IMG/VR virus record: IMGVR_UViG_3300010347_001950
From: an uncultured virus (IMG/VR IMGVR_UViG_3300010347_001950)
Lineage: Duplodnaviria; Heunggongvirae; Uroviricota; Caudoviricetes
Direction: 5' to 3' (one strand)
DNA: 64,000 bases
In this document: piece after piece, positions 1-9,881 of the stretch
How positions within the stretch are numbered: position 1 is the stretch's first letter
Layout of the letters: each line of letters opens with the position of its first letter
Translations under genes and position numbers: made by a program
The notes under the pieces: generated by a model
The model's input: only the letters and a program-made list of their open reading frames with translations
What the model was told of the DNA's origin: nothing
Databases searched by the model: none

Positions 1-264
1 ATATCTGGGCTAAACGAATTACAAAGACTTTTTGACGAATCGCTTAAAGAAAACATAGATATTACTAAAGATTTAACAGACGAAGAAAGAAGCATGATTG
101 TTAAAAAAAGACAAGAACTATCTATGGAAATAAGAAGTATATTTAATAAGATGAATTTAAACAAAGCTTCTTTTGTTGACCCATTTCCTGTTCCTGTGTT
201 GCGGTCATCAAATAACGCGAAAGTAACTGCTTCTTGGTACAGGAATCGTATAATAATGAATTGA
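1..264 (+). CDS. Partial hypothetical protein (3' end)
   Basis: Frame 1 is open from base 1 (ISGLNELQRLF...VTASWYRNRIIMN) to TGA at 262-264. Confidence 0.6.
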   Translation: MSGLNELQRLFDESLKENIDITKDLTDEERSMIVKKRQELSMEIRSIFNKMNLNKASFVDPFPVPVLRSSNNAKVTASWYRNRIIMN

Positions 265-291
265 ATATAACAAAGTAAATATACTTCAAAA

Positions 292-783
292 ATGGAGGTT
301 GTAAATATTATGAAAGTATCATCCCCTGATTTCCAATGGTTGCAAGACGCGATTAATAAGGCGCGTAAGTTTAAACCAAGCGATTGGGTTGGATCTGCAA
401 ATTCTCTTAGAGTGCCGTCTGTAAAGGCGGTTGATTTGGGTGTAGTATTGCCAAAAACAGGGTGGTTAAGAATCGCGTTTGTTGATAGAGACAATAAAGA
501 AAAAACATTGCTTTTAGAAGAAGATTTAACTAATTTTAGCCAAGTGGTTAAGGGTGTTGGTTTTGACAACAGCGGATCAACAGAGCCGGTTGTAATTAAA
601 GGGGCATCTGTTGTATTTTCCACTAGGTGGGTATTAAGTTTTACTCCTTGGAGAGCAGTGGTTGAATTTAAGAACGTGAATGGCGTGAGATATCGATTCG
701 ATGGCATGATACCGCTTGGTAGAAAAATTTCTGATTACTTTGCTGGGTTTGAGACATATCTTCAGCGTTTGGTACAATTTTAA
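292..783 (+). CDS. Hypothetical protein
   Basis: 163-aa ORF followed by a palindromic terminator. The true start may be ATG 310, after GGAGG. Confidence 0.7.
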   Translation: MEVVNIMKVSSPDFQWLQDAINKARKFKPSDWVGSANSLRVPSVKAVDLGVVLPKTGWLRIAFVDRDNKEKTLLLEEDLTNFSQVVKGVGFDNSGSTEPVVIKGASVVFSTRWVLSFTPWRAVVEFKNVNGVRYRFDGMIPLGRKISDYFAGFETYLQRLVQF

Positions 784-805
784 TTTAGAAATAATTGATA
801 TATGT

Positions 806-846
806 ATATTAAAAAGCACGGATTTTAAATCCGTGCTTTTTAATAT
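806..846. terminator. Perfect 20-bp inverted repeat, probable bidirectional terminator
   Basis: ATATTAAAAAGCACGGATTT-T-AAATCCGTGCTTTTTAATAT, with A/T tracts on both sides. Confidence 0.75.
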
Positions 847-867
847 CATTAAAATTTGTAGAATATC

Positions 868-1334
868 AGAAAACTCTTATACTTGTAGTGGGTAACGAAT
901 GGCGTTAATGACAAATATCACCTTCTCCTATAAGTATAAGGATTGCAGAATATATTATCACCAATTTGAAGAGAATGACAAGACATGAGGCATGTAAACA
1001 GGATAGAGATATTGGTTATATTTGGGCAAGCAATTATCAACATATAATCAAAGACTTAAATGTTAAAGATTTGGCAAGAATCAAACTGGCAAAATCATCC
1101 AACAATGCAGGCATTGGTATATTCTATAAATTCTTAGAATATAAAGCATTATGGGCAAGCAAACGAGTTATCAAAATTGATAGGTGATTTGCTTCTTCAA
1201 AGATTTGCAATATATACAAACACAATCAAGCATTAACATTGTTCGATAGGGCATGGATTTGCGAAAACTGTGGTATAATACACGATAGAGATATAAATGT
1301 TTCAAATAACATCAAAGAAGACAGAGGTAATTCA
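868..1334 (+). mobile_element. tnpB: Decayed IS200/IS605 remnant: left-end-like motif, degenerate copy of the 2468 gene, tnpB C-terminal pseudogene, right end
   Basis: Translation gives KDLNVKDL..KFLEYKALWASKRVIKIDR*FASSKICN..LTLFDRAWICENCGIIHDRDINVSNNI, the TnpB RuvC/Zn-ribbon C-terminus with an internal stop. The segment ends AGAGGTAATTCA. Confidence 0.8.
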
Positions 1335-2308
1335 TGTATGTAGTAGCGGGCGGGGCTGGATTTTTAGGTTCTTATTTTGTTGATTTGCTAATTGATAGCG
1401 GAGAAGACATATTTGTTATAGACAACTTGCTGACTGGGAATATTGTAAATATAAAACATCATATGCATAAATCTAATTTTCATTTTGATGCATGCGATAT
1501 TAGAAATACCAATATTTCGGAATTGTTTGTCAACAAAACAATCAATGGTATATTTAATTTTGCTTCACCCGCAAGCCCGCCTGTATATATGAAACACGCA
1601 CTGTTAACTATGGAAAGCAATTCTATTGGCGTACAAAACTTGCTTAATATAGCGAAGGAACACAATGCTTTGTTTTTCCAGGCTTCCACAAGCGAGGTGT
1701 ATGGCGATCCATTAATACATCCGCAAGCCGAATCATATTATGGCAATGTTAATTGTTATGGCGAAAGAAGTATGTATGATGAAGGTAAGAGATACGCAGA
1801 AACTTTAATCAAAATATATCATGAAGAATTTGGAGTGAATACAAGAATTGCGCGTATTTTTAATACATATGGTCCGAGGATGGACATGCTTGATGGCAGA
1901 GTTATACCAACACTAATATGCCAAGCGATTAAGAATAAACCAATGACTGTATATGGTGGTAGTCAAACAAGAAGCTTTTGCTATGTTACAGATCTTATTG
2001 ATGGTATTAGCAAACTATGTTTCAATAGCGAAATTCACAATCCAATTAATATTGGCAACCCACACGAAATAACCATTATAGAATTGGCACAAACTATTAA
2101 GACACTTATCAATAGCAGTAGCGATATATTAGTAAGCAATCTTCCAAAAGACGATCCAATTAAGAGGAAACCAGATATTACACAGGCCATTAACAAGCTT
2201 GGGTGGTCGCCAATTATTTCTTTAGATGATGGTTTGAGGCACACTATATCTTATTATCTTAAATTGACATCCTCCTACAGCCAAAGCTCTTGGCGTTATT
2301 GTTTTTGA
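1334..2308 (+). CDS. UDP-glucuronate decarboxylase-like NAD-dependent epimerase/dehydratase (extended SDR)
   Basis: Motifs GGAGFLGS, ASPASP, ASTSEVYGDP, YDEGKR (YxxxK), RIFNTYGPRM, QTRSFCYV and DDPIKRKPDI, as in the UXS family. Confidence 0.88.
   Translation: MYVVAGGAGFLGSYFVDLLIDSGEDIFVIDNLLTGNIVNIKHHMHKSNFHFDACDIRNTNISELFVNKTINGIFNFASPASPPVYMKHALLTMESNSIGVQNLLNIAKEHNALFFQASTSEVYGDPLIHPQAESYYGNVNCYGERSMYDEGKRYAETLIKIYHEEFGVNTRIARIFNTYGPRMDMLDGRVIPTLICQAIKNKPMTVYGGSQTRSFCYVTDLIDGISKLCFNSEIHNPINIGNPHEITIIELAQTIKTLINSSSDILVSNLPKDDPIKRKPDITQAINKLGWSPIISLDDGLRHTISYYLKLTSSYSQSSWRYCF
2264..2297 (-). mobile_element. IS200/IS605 right-end-like remnant
   Basis: TTGACATCCTCCTACAGCCAAAGCT is the reverse complement of a ...GCTTTGGCTGTAGGAGGATGTCAA end. 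Compare GAGGATGTCA at 31950. Confidence 0.5.
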
Positions 2309-2467
2309 TTTCGTTCAATTAGAATTTAAGATTTGTGATTGTATATAAAATATATTGCCGATTCGGAATTGTTAGTTTTAATATTATATAAGCCTTTAGA
2401 GTATCAGAATACGAGAAAATATATTGTATAATTAATTGAAAGTAATTCTGTAACGAAGGAGCAACCT

Positions 2468-2653
2468 ATGACAAAAAATAAGGATTCTAAGTTAATACCT
2501 ATAAGCATCAGGATTGAAGAAGATGTTATCACCAATTTAAAGAGAATAGCAAGACATGAGGCATGTAAACAGGACAGAGATATTAGTTATATAGACCTAA
2601 TTAGAGAAGCAATAATAAATACGTATCCTATGCCACCAAATACAAACCCATAG
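2468..2653 (+). CDS. Small ribbon-helix-helix/CopG-like DNA-binding protein
   Basis: PISIRIEEDVITNLKRIA...SYIDLIREAI fits the RHH pattern. It has an AAGGAG RBS and an upstream TTGTATAAT. Confidence 0.65.
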   Translation: MTKNKDSKLIPISIRIEEDVITNLKRIARHEACKQDRDISYIDLIREAIINTYPMPPNTNP

Positions 2654-2659
2654 ATTTAC

Positions 2660-3144
2660 TAGGTATTTAATAGCGAGATAGAGTAATATATTAAATACAG
2701 AATTGAAGAATTGTGTGTTCGGCGTGGATAGCAATTGTTGGGTTAGAAGCAACACCCAAACATTTCTAGTAATAAAATTAAAATACATAGAAGAATATGT
2801 TAATTATAGAGCGCTACAAGTTCAGATTGAAACCAAATAACCAACGGGTTGAGAAATTCATACAATTTGCTAGTTATCGACATTTTGTATATAATTGGGC
2901 ATTAGACGAGAAGTCTACTCATTACAAAAATACCAAGGAGACATTAAATTATAACACTTTAATTGTGGTATAATACACGATAGAGACATAAATGCTTTAA
3001 TCAATATCAAAGAAAAAGGTTTAAGGTTGGCGGTTGTAGGAAGTATAAATAATTAAAATACTGATAGAGTGAGCACAAAACTATAGAAATATAGCAGTTC
3101 GTGTTGAAATCAAAAGCTTCTAGGCTTGTTCAAGAGGCAATTCA
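2660..3144 (+). mobile_element. Internally deleted IS605-type element (tnpA fragments, tnpB N- and C-termini, right end)
   Basis: TnpA-like IEELCVRRG*QLL. TnpB HTH MLIIERYKFRLKPNNQRVEKFIQFASYRHFVYNWAL starts at 2797 and joins out of frame to NCGIIHDRDINALINIKEKGL. The element ends GAGGCAATTCA. Confidence 0.8.
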
Positions 3145-3215
3145 AAATAGCAAGCCTGCGCCAACAAGAATTAAGCTGTGTTGTTGGTGAATGGGTATTA
3201 ATGGAGAAATAAAAT

Positions 3216-3542
3216 ATGAGGAACATACTCGGTGACCCGACAAGATGTTTAAATAGAAATTGCAAACATGAATTCTACAAAGAATCCAATATAGGATACA
3301 TTCCACAATCTCCAGCAGAGGTAGCAGTTGTAATGATGTGTCCAAAATGCCATGACGTATTCGCAATTACCCAAATACCTTCCATGGTTGAGGACTACAT
3401 GAATAGTCTTAAAGCGGAACCAAAGTCAAAATTGCCAAAAATTACAAGATCAGAACTAGTAAATATACAAAATAGTTTAATTGGCGACGACAATATTCTA
3501 TCTTCTATTTTAGAAGCCCCACTGATTGATGAAAAAAATTAA
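3216..3542 (+). CDS. Hypothetical Zn-ribbon protein
   Basis: CLNRNC and CPKC cysteine pairs; GGAG RBS. Confidence 0.6.
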   Translation: MRNILGDPTRCLNRNCKHEFYKESNIGYIPQSPAEVAVVMMCPKCHDVFAITQIPSMVEDYMNSLKAEPKSKLPKITRSELVNIQNSLIGDDNILSSILEAPLIDEKN

Positions 3543-3568
3543 CGTATAATATTAACAGGAGTTAATAA

Positions 3569-5347
3569 ATGAACCAGCCACCAATTGGTATAGATTTAGG
3601 CACGACTCTTTCTGCCATAGCATATGTTGATAAAGAAGGGATAGCGCGTGTAATACCAAACAAATTTGGCAAAAATCTTACTCCGTCTGTGTTTTCTATC
3701 GATCAAAATAACAATATATATATTGGCGATGAAGCAATTATATTCGAAAAAAACAATATAATAAATACAATACGTTCTATAAAAAGAATAATTGGAACAC
3801 CAATTAAAAAACAAATATATGACAGAGAATATTCCCCAGAAGAAATTAGTGGATATATATTATCTAACTTAAAATCATATGCTGAAGAATACCTTAATAC
3901 CAAAATATCCAAAGTCGTAATAACTGTGCCTGCTTATTTTAATAATGACCAAAGAAAATCTACGAAGGACGCTGGGGCTATAGCCAAGCTTGATGTGTTA
4001 CAAATAATTAACGAGCCCACTGCCGCCGCACTGGCATATGGGCTGGGCACAAATAAAAACGAAAAAATAATAGTTTTTGATCTTGGCGGCGGTACGTTTG
4101 ATGTTACAATACTGAATATTACAAGCAATAATGTTTTTGATGTACTATCTACCTCTGGTGACACTGCGTTAGGGGGAGATGATTTTGACAACCAATTAAT
4201 TGACTATTTTATATCATGCATGAATATAAATAGCGAAGCGTCCAATATACCTCTAATCAGGGCGATTTTGCGCAATATAGCAGAAGAAACAAAAATTAAA
4301 CTTTCCACAGAGCAAGAAATATATATACAAAATAAGCAAATCAAAATTATAAATGATGTATATACACTCGATTGTCGCATAACTAGAGAACAATTCAATA
4401 AGATGATAGATAAATATTTGAATAAATGCAAAAATTGTATGAATTTCGCGCTTAGAGATTCTGGGTTAAAAACATATAAAGAAATTGACAAAATCATATT
4501 GGTGGGGGGTAGCACTCGTGTTCCGTATGTAAGAGAAAAAATACAAGAATGGACTGGAATAACACCAGATGCGTCGATAAACCCAGACGAGGCAGTTGCG
4601 CTTGGCGCGTCTATTCAGGCGTCATTATTAATGCATAGTAATACGCAAAGTGCCGTGTTGTTGGATGTCACTCCGCTAACTCTTGGCATAGAAGCAGCCG
4701 GAGGTATGATGATACCGATGATTAAACGGAATACTACTATTCCTGTAGACCACGAAGAAATATTTTCGACTGCAGAAGATAATCAAGATTGTGTAGCCAT
4801 AAAAATATTCCAAGGTGAAAGACCAAGAGCCGAAGATAATAAATGTATTGGGTCGTTTAAATTAGAAGGAATCAAACCAGCTCCAAGAGGGGAGCCGCAA
4901 ATACTTGTAACATTTAGTGTTGATATGAATGGTATAGTATCTGTAATGGCAAAAGACGAAGACACGTGTCAATACAAGCAACTAACAATCACTGGTAGTT
5001 CAAATATATCTCAGGAAGAAATGGATAGAATTTTATTAGAGGCAGAACGATATAGAGAAGAAGATAAAATTATACAAGAAAAGTTTATAATAATTAAAAA
5101 ATTACAAGATAGATTAGTGCAAATTAGCAAATTATTAGAAACGTCTAATGATATTATTAATACTACAGAGCGTACAAAACTTGAATATTATTCAAAAATT
5201 ATTGAAGAGGAAGATTTGTTGTGTAGAGATGTTGATAATTTGTATACTTTGGAAAAAAATATAGAAAATATAATGGATAAAATAAGCAATAAATTAAAAA
5301 TCAAAGCAAAGAATATTTTAGAAAAACACTTGATTGAACAGGCATAA
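3569..5347 (+). CDS. dnaK: Hsp70/DnaK family chaperone
   Basis: Motifs [67 protein letters not shown] and PAPRGEPQI. Confidence 0.93.
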   Translation: MNQPPIGIDLGTTLSAIAYVDKEGIARVIPNKFGKNLTPSVFSIDQNNNIYIGDEAIIFEKNNIINTIRSIKRIIGTPIKKQIYDREYSPEEISGYILSNLKSYAEEYLNTKISKVVITVPAYFNNDQRKSTKDAGAIAKLDVLQIINEPTAAALAYGLGTNKNEKIIVFDLGGGTFDVTILNITSNNVFDVLSTSGDTALGGDDFDNQLIDYFISCMNINSEASNIPLIRAILRNIAEETKIKLSTEQEIYIQNKQIKIINDVYTLDCRITREQFNKMIDKYLNKCKNCMNFALRDSGLKTYKEIDKIILVGGSTRVPYVREKIQEWTGITPDASINPDEAVALGASIQASLLMHSNTQSAVLLDVTPLTLGIEAAGGMMIPMIKRNTTIPVDHEEIFSTAEDNQDCVAIKIFQGERPRAEDNKCIGSFKLEGIKPAPRGEPQILVTFSVDMNGIVSVMAKDEDTCQYKQLTITGSSNISQEEMDRILLEAERYREEDKIIQEKFIIIKKLQDRLVQISKLLETSNDIINTTERTKLEYYSKIIEEEDLLCRDVDNLYTLEKNIENIMDKISNKLKIKAKNILEKHLIEQA

Positions 5348-5349
5348 TA

Positions 5350-5847
5350 ATGGACACATTAAATATTTATCAAAATAAAATAAGACCAGTTGATGAATTA
5401 GAAAAAGTAGAGCTTAATTTATCGAGAATAGTTGTAGATGAAAACAGAGGTTCTTTGGCTGTATTAAGTGTTGAAAACAAAAGGTATATTTATTTTCTAC
5501 CACAACACGAAGGAACAATGCTAACTTATGCAAAATCTGGTTGTTCTAAGAAACCACACATTCCCACAATATATCATATATATATAAACATGATGGAATC
5601 CCTTGGGTATAATTTAGAAAAATGCGTGCTTGAAAGTTGCATCGGTGATGTTTATTATGCAAGTTTACATTGGAGGCACAACAAAGCAAATATTGATGCA
5701 TATGCCCAGGTATCGTTTGGAGATGCACTTATATTTTCAACAATGTGTGGCGCGAAAATGTATGTTATAAGAAAAACCATTGATGATCTTGAACCAATAA
5801 GCCCCCAATTACAAATGATAATTGACCATGGAGTGTCCGATGAATAA
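5350..5847 (+). CDS. Bifunctional nuclease (DUF151/BFN)-like protein
   Basis: Motifs PTIYHIY..MMESLG, GDVYYASL and SFGDALIFS..CGAKMYV resemble DUF151. Confidence 0.6.
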   Translation: MDTLNIYQNKIRPVDELEKVELNLSRIVVDENRGSLAVLSVENKRYIYFLPQHEGTMLTYAKSGCSKKPHIPTIYHIYINMMESLGYNLEKCVLESCIGDVYYASLHWRHNKANIDAYAQVSFGDALIFSTMCGAKMYVIRKTIDDLEPISPQLQMIIDHGVSDE

Positions 5848-6820
5848 TATGGCATCAAAAAAATTTGATCCGGATAAAATAATAGATTATAATGTAGATT
5901 ATTATGCAATTCTTGGAATTACAAAAGATTCTTTGCCACCATCAACTGTGGAAAATAGAGATACTATAGCAAATATATTAAGCGAAGCATATACTCGGTC
6001 CGCTTTAAAATCACACCCGTCAGTTGATGGCGGGAGCAATGAAGCATTTAAGCTTGTTGTAAGAGCACACACCATATTGTCAGACGAATTGTTAAGGAAA
6101 TGTTATGATTCTGGCGGCAAAGATAAGCCAAGAAGCATTGAAGACGGCGCATTGTATGAAATAGATTGGGATGCGATTGGTAATTATAGGAAAGGTACAA
6201 TTGCAGATACAATTGGCTTTGGTTTATTTTATCAAATATCGGACAGGTCCGAAGAGCTTGGTCTAATACCTGCGTTTTACCCAGAATATTTATATCATTC
6301 ATACGAATGGGATTGGGTAATAAAAAATACAGACAGCAAATTGTCACTAGCAATTGTTCCGGATGACGAAGATGTGCTAAGACTTACATCAGGCAACAAT
6401 ATAAAACAATCATTGCCGTTCAAGATATACATATGTATACCTCGCAACCACTTATATTTTTCAAGAGAAAATAATCAACAAACAATCCAGGCAGATAGCG
6501 ACACAGAGATTATCAAAAGCAAAATTATACGCGCAAAGTATTCAGATTATAATTTAAAAGAAACAACGGTTATGAACGATGCGGTAGAATATATTAATAA
6601 TCAGCTATTAAATGATTTGAACTCGTTTAGGAATGGTAGCCTCGTGGAACAACAATTGCAATACGATGCAGAGGCCGAACAAAGCCAATGGGTAGACACA
6701 AATAAAATTAAACAACACGACATATTGTTAATGAAGGCAATATTAATGTCTAAATCATTTGTTACCCAAAAAGACCCGCGGGGAGCAGATTTTTTGGAGA
6801 AATTAAAAAATCAGCCATGA
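5822..6820 (+). CDS. J-domain-like protein with HPS in place of HPD
   Basis: DYYAILGI...AYTRSALKSHPS..GGSNEAFKLVVRAHTILSDELLRKCYD. The start is probably ATG 5840. Confidence 0.75.
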   Translation: MTMECPMNNMASKKFDPDKIIDYNVDYYAILGITKDSLPPSTVENRDTIANILSEAYTRSALKSHPSVDGGSNEAFKLVVRAHTILSDELLRKCYDSGGKDKPRSIEDGALYEIDWDAIGNYRKGTIADTIGFGLFYQISDRSEELGLIPAFYPEYLYHSYEWDWVIKNTDSKLSLAIVPDDEDVLRLTSGNNIKQSLPFKIYICIPRNHLYFSRENNQQTIQADSDTEIIKSKIIRAKYSDYNLKETTVMNDAVEYINNQLLNDLNSFRNGSLVEQQLQYDAEAEQSQWVDTNKIKQHDILLMKAILMSKSFVTQKDPRGADFLEKLKNQP

Positions 6821-6839
6821 CATATTGCATAGGTATTGG

Positions 6840-7020
6840 ATGTATCATGTTGTTTTACAATTTCTTCCTTGATATTGATTAAAGCATTTGTGTCTCTATT
6901 GTGTATTTTACCACAATTACCACAAATCAATGTCCTATCGGATAATGTTAATGCTTTTTGTGTTTACATGCATTTAATTGTGCAATATATTATCTCTAGG
7001 TTTTTGAATTATTTTTGAAG
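6840..7020 (-). pseudogene. tnpB: tnpB C-terminal remnant
   Basis: The minus strand reads KALTLSDRTLICGNCGKIHNRDTNALINIKEE and is nucleotide-similar to 1228-1320 and 2961-3015. Confidence 0.75.
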
Positions 7021-7248
7021 AATATTATATTGGACATGAATATTATTCATCTTATATAACAAGTATGAAAGTTTTCTGGTGTTATTCTATAAAAACAAAC
7101 CAAAGCAAAGTATAATATGTACAATAAAAAATTATATTTTATTTTGTTGTGTGGATTGGGGAAACCATGCCCGTTGTATGTATGGTAATCCAACAAAAAT
7201 GCAGATTGCACTAAGCATAAAATAATGATAGTTATGTCTATTAAATTT

Positions 7249-7289
7249 GCGACAAGCCGACTAATTAAAAAAATTAGTCGGCTTGTCGC
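7249..7289. repeat. Perfect 18-bp inverted repeat
   Basis: GCGACAAGCCGACTAATT-AAAAA-AATTAGTCGGCTTGTCGC, upstream of the phoH gene. Confidence 0.85.
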
Positions 7290-7324
7290 TATTAATGCAA
7301 AACAAAATACAGGAGAACATATAA

Positions 7325-8689
7325 ATGCCCAAACATATCTACATATTAGATACATGCGTTTTAATACACGACCCATATTCTATATATAAATTTGCAGAAA
7401 ATGATATATATTTACCATTGGCTGTCATTGACGACTTGGATTCTTTAAAAACAACCAGCGGAACCACTGGGTATTATGCAAGAGAAATATTAAGACAATT
7501 GGATAAATTTGATCTTGCAGAAATGTCTTCGTGTGGAGTAAAAATAAACAATGACGGTGGTAAATTATATATATTAAATACCGAAATAAATGAAGCAAAC
7601 AATGAATCTGTCCCAAATATAATACGTGTTAATTCAGATAATGCCATTATATCTGCGTGTATATATTTACAAAATCGATATCCAGAACGGCAAGTATCAA
7701 TAGTTACCAAAGACATAAGCCTAAGAATTAGAGCTACATCCTGGAAATGCATGGCAGAAAATTATCAATCTGATTTAATTACCGACGAAATATACACCGG
7801 AATTAGAAATATTATATTGCAGTCCGAAGATGAATGGGACAGTGTGTGGAAAAACAAAGAATATCCTGTAGATGCGCTACCAAATTCGATTCAGATACAG
7901 TTGAATAATTTATCACCAAATGAATTTGCCGTATTTGATTGGCAAAACAAAAAATGTTTTTCTATTTTTTGTGATAACAAGCTTTGTATTTTGAAAGACG
8001 ACAAGAACAATTGCAATAATGGATATAACAATATAACAAAAATGGGGATAACTCCCAAAAACATAGAGCAAAGATGCGCAATGGAAGCGCTAGATAGCAA
8101 ATCGATCCTTATGGTATCAATTTGCGGCCCGGCAGGAACAGGAAAAACACTATGTGCCTTATCTGTGGCCTTGGATAAGGTATACCATGGTGTGTATGAC
8201 AAGCTTATAATAATCAAGCCTCTTGTTCCTGTGTCTGGTAGAGATATAGGATTCTTGCCAGGTGACAAATACGAAAAAATAGTTCAGTGGCTTGGCCCAT
8301 ATAAGGACAACTTAGCCCAATTATCGAGCGGTAAAAATAGCTATGATTTTGATTTAGAAACCATGGTAGAAGAAGGGATAATAGAAGTAGAAGCAATGAC
8401 ATTCATACAAGGGCGCAGTATACCTAGAAGCTTTATAATAGTTGATGAGGCACAAAATTTAAGCCCAAGGGAATGCAGAATGATAATTGAAAGATGTGCC
8501 AATGGGAGCAAAATTGCGCTTCTTGGAGATTTAACACAAATAGAAAACCCATTTTTAGATGCACGATCTTGTGGGCTAGTACACGCGATTAATGGTGGCA
8601 TGGGTAAAAAGGAGTGCGCTACTATTACTTTGAATAAGGTCGAAAGATCGTCTTTGGCGGCGATAGCGTCAGAGATATTTAAAAGGTGA
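7325..8689 (+). CDS. phoH: PIN-PhoH (PhoH2/YlaK-like) protein
   Basis: N-terminal PIN (YILDTCVL, SDNAII, VTKDISLRIRA) and PhoH motifs GPAGTGKT, IGFLPG, IQGRSI, IIVDEAQN, GDLTQ. Confidence 0.9.
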   Translation: MPKHIYILDTCVLIHDPYSIYKFAENDIYLPLAVIDDLDSLKTTSGTTGYYAREILRQLDKFDLAEMSSCGVKINNDGGKLYILNTEINEANNESVPNIIRVNSDNAIISACIYLQNRYPERQVSIVTKDISLRIRATSWKCMAENYQSDLITDEIYTGIRNIILQSEDEWDSVWKNKEYPVDALPNSIQIQLNNLSPNEFAVFDWQNKKCFSIFCDNKLCILKDDKNNCNNGYNNITKMGITPKNIEQRCAMEALDSKSILMVSICGPAGTGKTLCALSVALDKVYHGVYDKLIIIKPLVPVSGRDIGFLPGDKYEKIVQWLGPYKDNLAQLSSGKNSYDFDLETMVEEGIIEVEAMTFIQGRSIPRSFIIVDEAQNLSPRECRMIIERCANGSKIALLGDLTQIENPFLDARSCGLVHAINGGMGKKECATITLNKVERSSLAAIASEIFKR

Positions 8690-8692
8690 AAT

Positions 8693-9304
8693 ATGATTTC
8701 TCATCAATGGGTAAAATATAATGTGACATTTCCTGCTTATCATACCACAAGAGGCAATGCATTATTCCCGATAGCAGATACACAATATAGATACATGGAT
8801 TTAGGATCTCATATTTTTACAGGAGATAACGCACATGCATTCCAGGCCGTAACAACTGGTCTTAGATTTATTGGCGGAAATGTAAAAAATATTAATATAT
8901 GGCTAGATGGTGTAGACGCAGATTTATATCCAAGGGTTGGATCTGGGAACACATCTTGCCCATTATTTAAAGAAAGAATATTTGATTTGTCTGATAACAC
9001 AACACATTTTCAATTGAAATATTTAATATTAAACGAAAATTCGTCAAGTGATTATAATATGTTTATAAACGAATACAACGCCATAGATGCTGGTGGCAGC
9101 ATTATGCCAATCACAGAAGATACATCAATTAATCTAGGCATGATTAGAAATTTTAGATGGAGCGGAGATATACATAGAGATTATTTATATTCCTCCCCCG
9201 TGGTATTCAGAATGTTTGCGCCAACAAATACGTCACCATACCCATATATAAATTGGGATATAAGAAACTTTAGAATACATGTGAAATACGAATCTGTTGA
9301 GTAG
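8693..9304 (+). CDS. Hypothetical protein (possible virion protein)
   Basis: 203-aa beta-rich ORF coupled to phoH. Confidence 0.6.
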   Translation: MISHQWVKYNVTFPAYHTTRGNALFPIADTQYRYMDLGSHIFTGDNAHAFQAVTTGLRFIGGNVKNINIWLDGVDADLYPRVGSGNTSCPLFKERIFDLSDNTTHFQLKYLILNENSSSDYNMFINEYNAIDAGGSIMPITEDTSINLGMIRNFRWSGDIHRDYLYSSPVVFRMFAPTNTSPYPYINWDIRNFRIHVKYESVE

Positions 9305-9362
9305 AGGAAATAGGTATATACTATTATAAGTTATAATATATAAACACAAGAGATGATGAAAA

Positions 9363-9881
9363 ATGTCTATAGATATAGAAAAAGAACTACACAATTTGTT
9401 ACTTGGTTTATCTCCTTGTTCTGGGAATGAAGATATTATAGAACAATCAATAATTATAGCAGAAGCATCGGCTATATTTAACACTATGACAAGAAAAGCA
9501 TCTATTTCGTCTACAAATAATAAAAAATGGCGCGAAGCCAAAATGCTCGATGCTCTGTTAACATCCATGCAAAATCACTATGCAAAAAACAATGAAGAAA
9601 AAATAAGCGCAATTGATGCTACAGATCTTACTCCAGAACAAATTGTACACAAAGCATCTAGGTTACAAACAGCACCCATGCCTAGTGATTATGATCAGCC
9701 ATTCGGTAATAACATGGATATATTAAACGATAATGATCTTGAGCCATTTTTACACAACTCTACGGAAGGGCGCACAGCAGAAGATTATCTAATAGATGAT
9801 TTGTCGCTGCTACATCCGGTAAATGTGTTTTCGCCGCCTGGATGGGGAAGACATAGAAGTGACTCCACGCGCGTTCGTTAA
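9363..9881 (+). CDS. Hypothetical protein
   Basis: 172-aa ORF with no recognised motif. Confidence 0.65.
   Translation: MSIDIEKELHNLLLGLSPCSGNEDIIEQSIIIAEASAIFNTMTRKASISSTNNKKWREAKMLDALLTSMQNHYAKNNEEKISAIDATDLTPEQIVHKASRLQTAPMPSDYDQPFGNNMDILNDNDLEPFLHNSTEGRTAEDYLIDDLSLLHPVNVFSPPGWGRHRSDSTRVR

Noticed and set aside
966..1187. Intact 73-aa gene
   Set aside because: It is a chimera of a degenerate RHH copy and a tnpB fragment.
3145..3165. Self-targeting guides downstream of IS right ends
   Set aside because: By eye I found only 8-9 nt matches within the window, which is chance level. A proper search is still needed.
6836..7376. ORFs 6836-7018 and 7047-7376 as membrane proteins
   Set aside because: The first is the antisense of a tnpB remnant. 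The second crosses a palindrome and the phoH start, and its hydrophobicity reflects AT-rich sequence.
9823..9881. Programmed frameshift between the overlapping ORFs
   Set aside because: An independent GTG start at 9859 with a GGGGAAG RBS explains the overlap, and there is no clear slippery heptamer.
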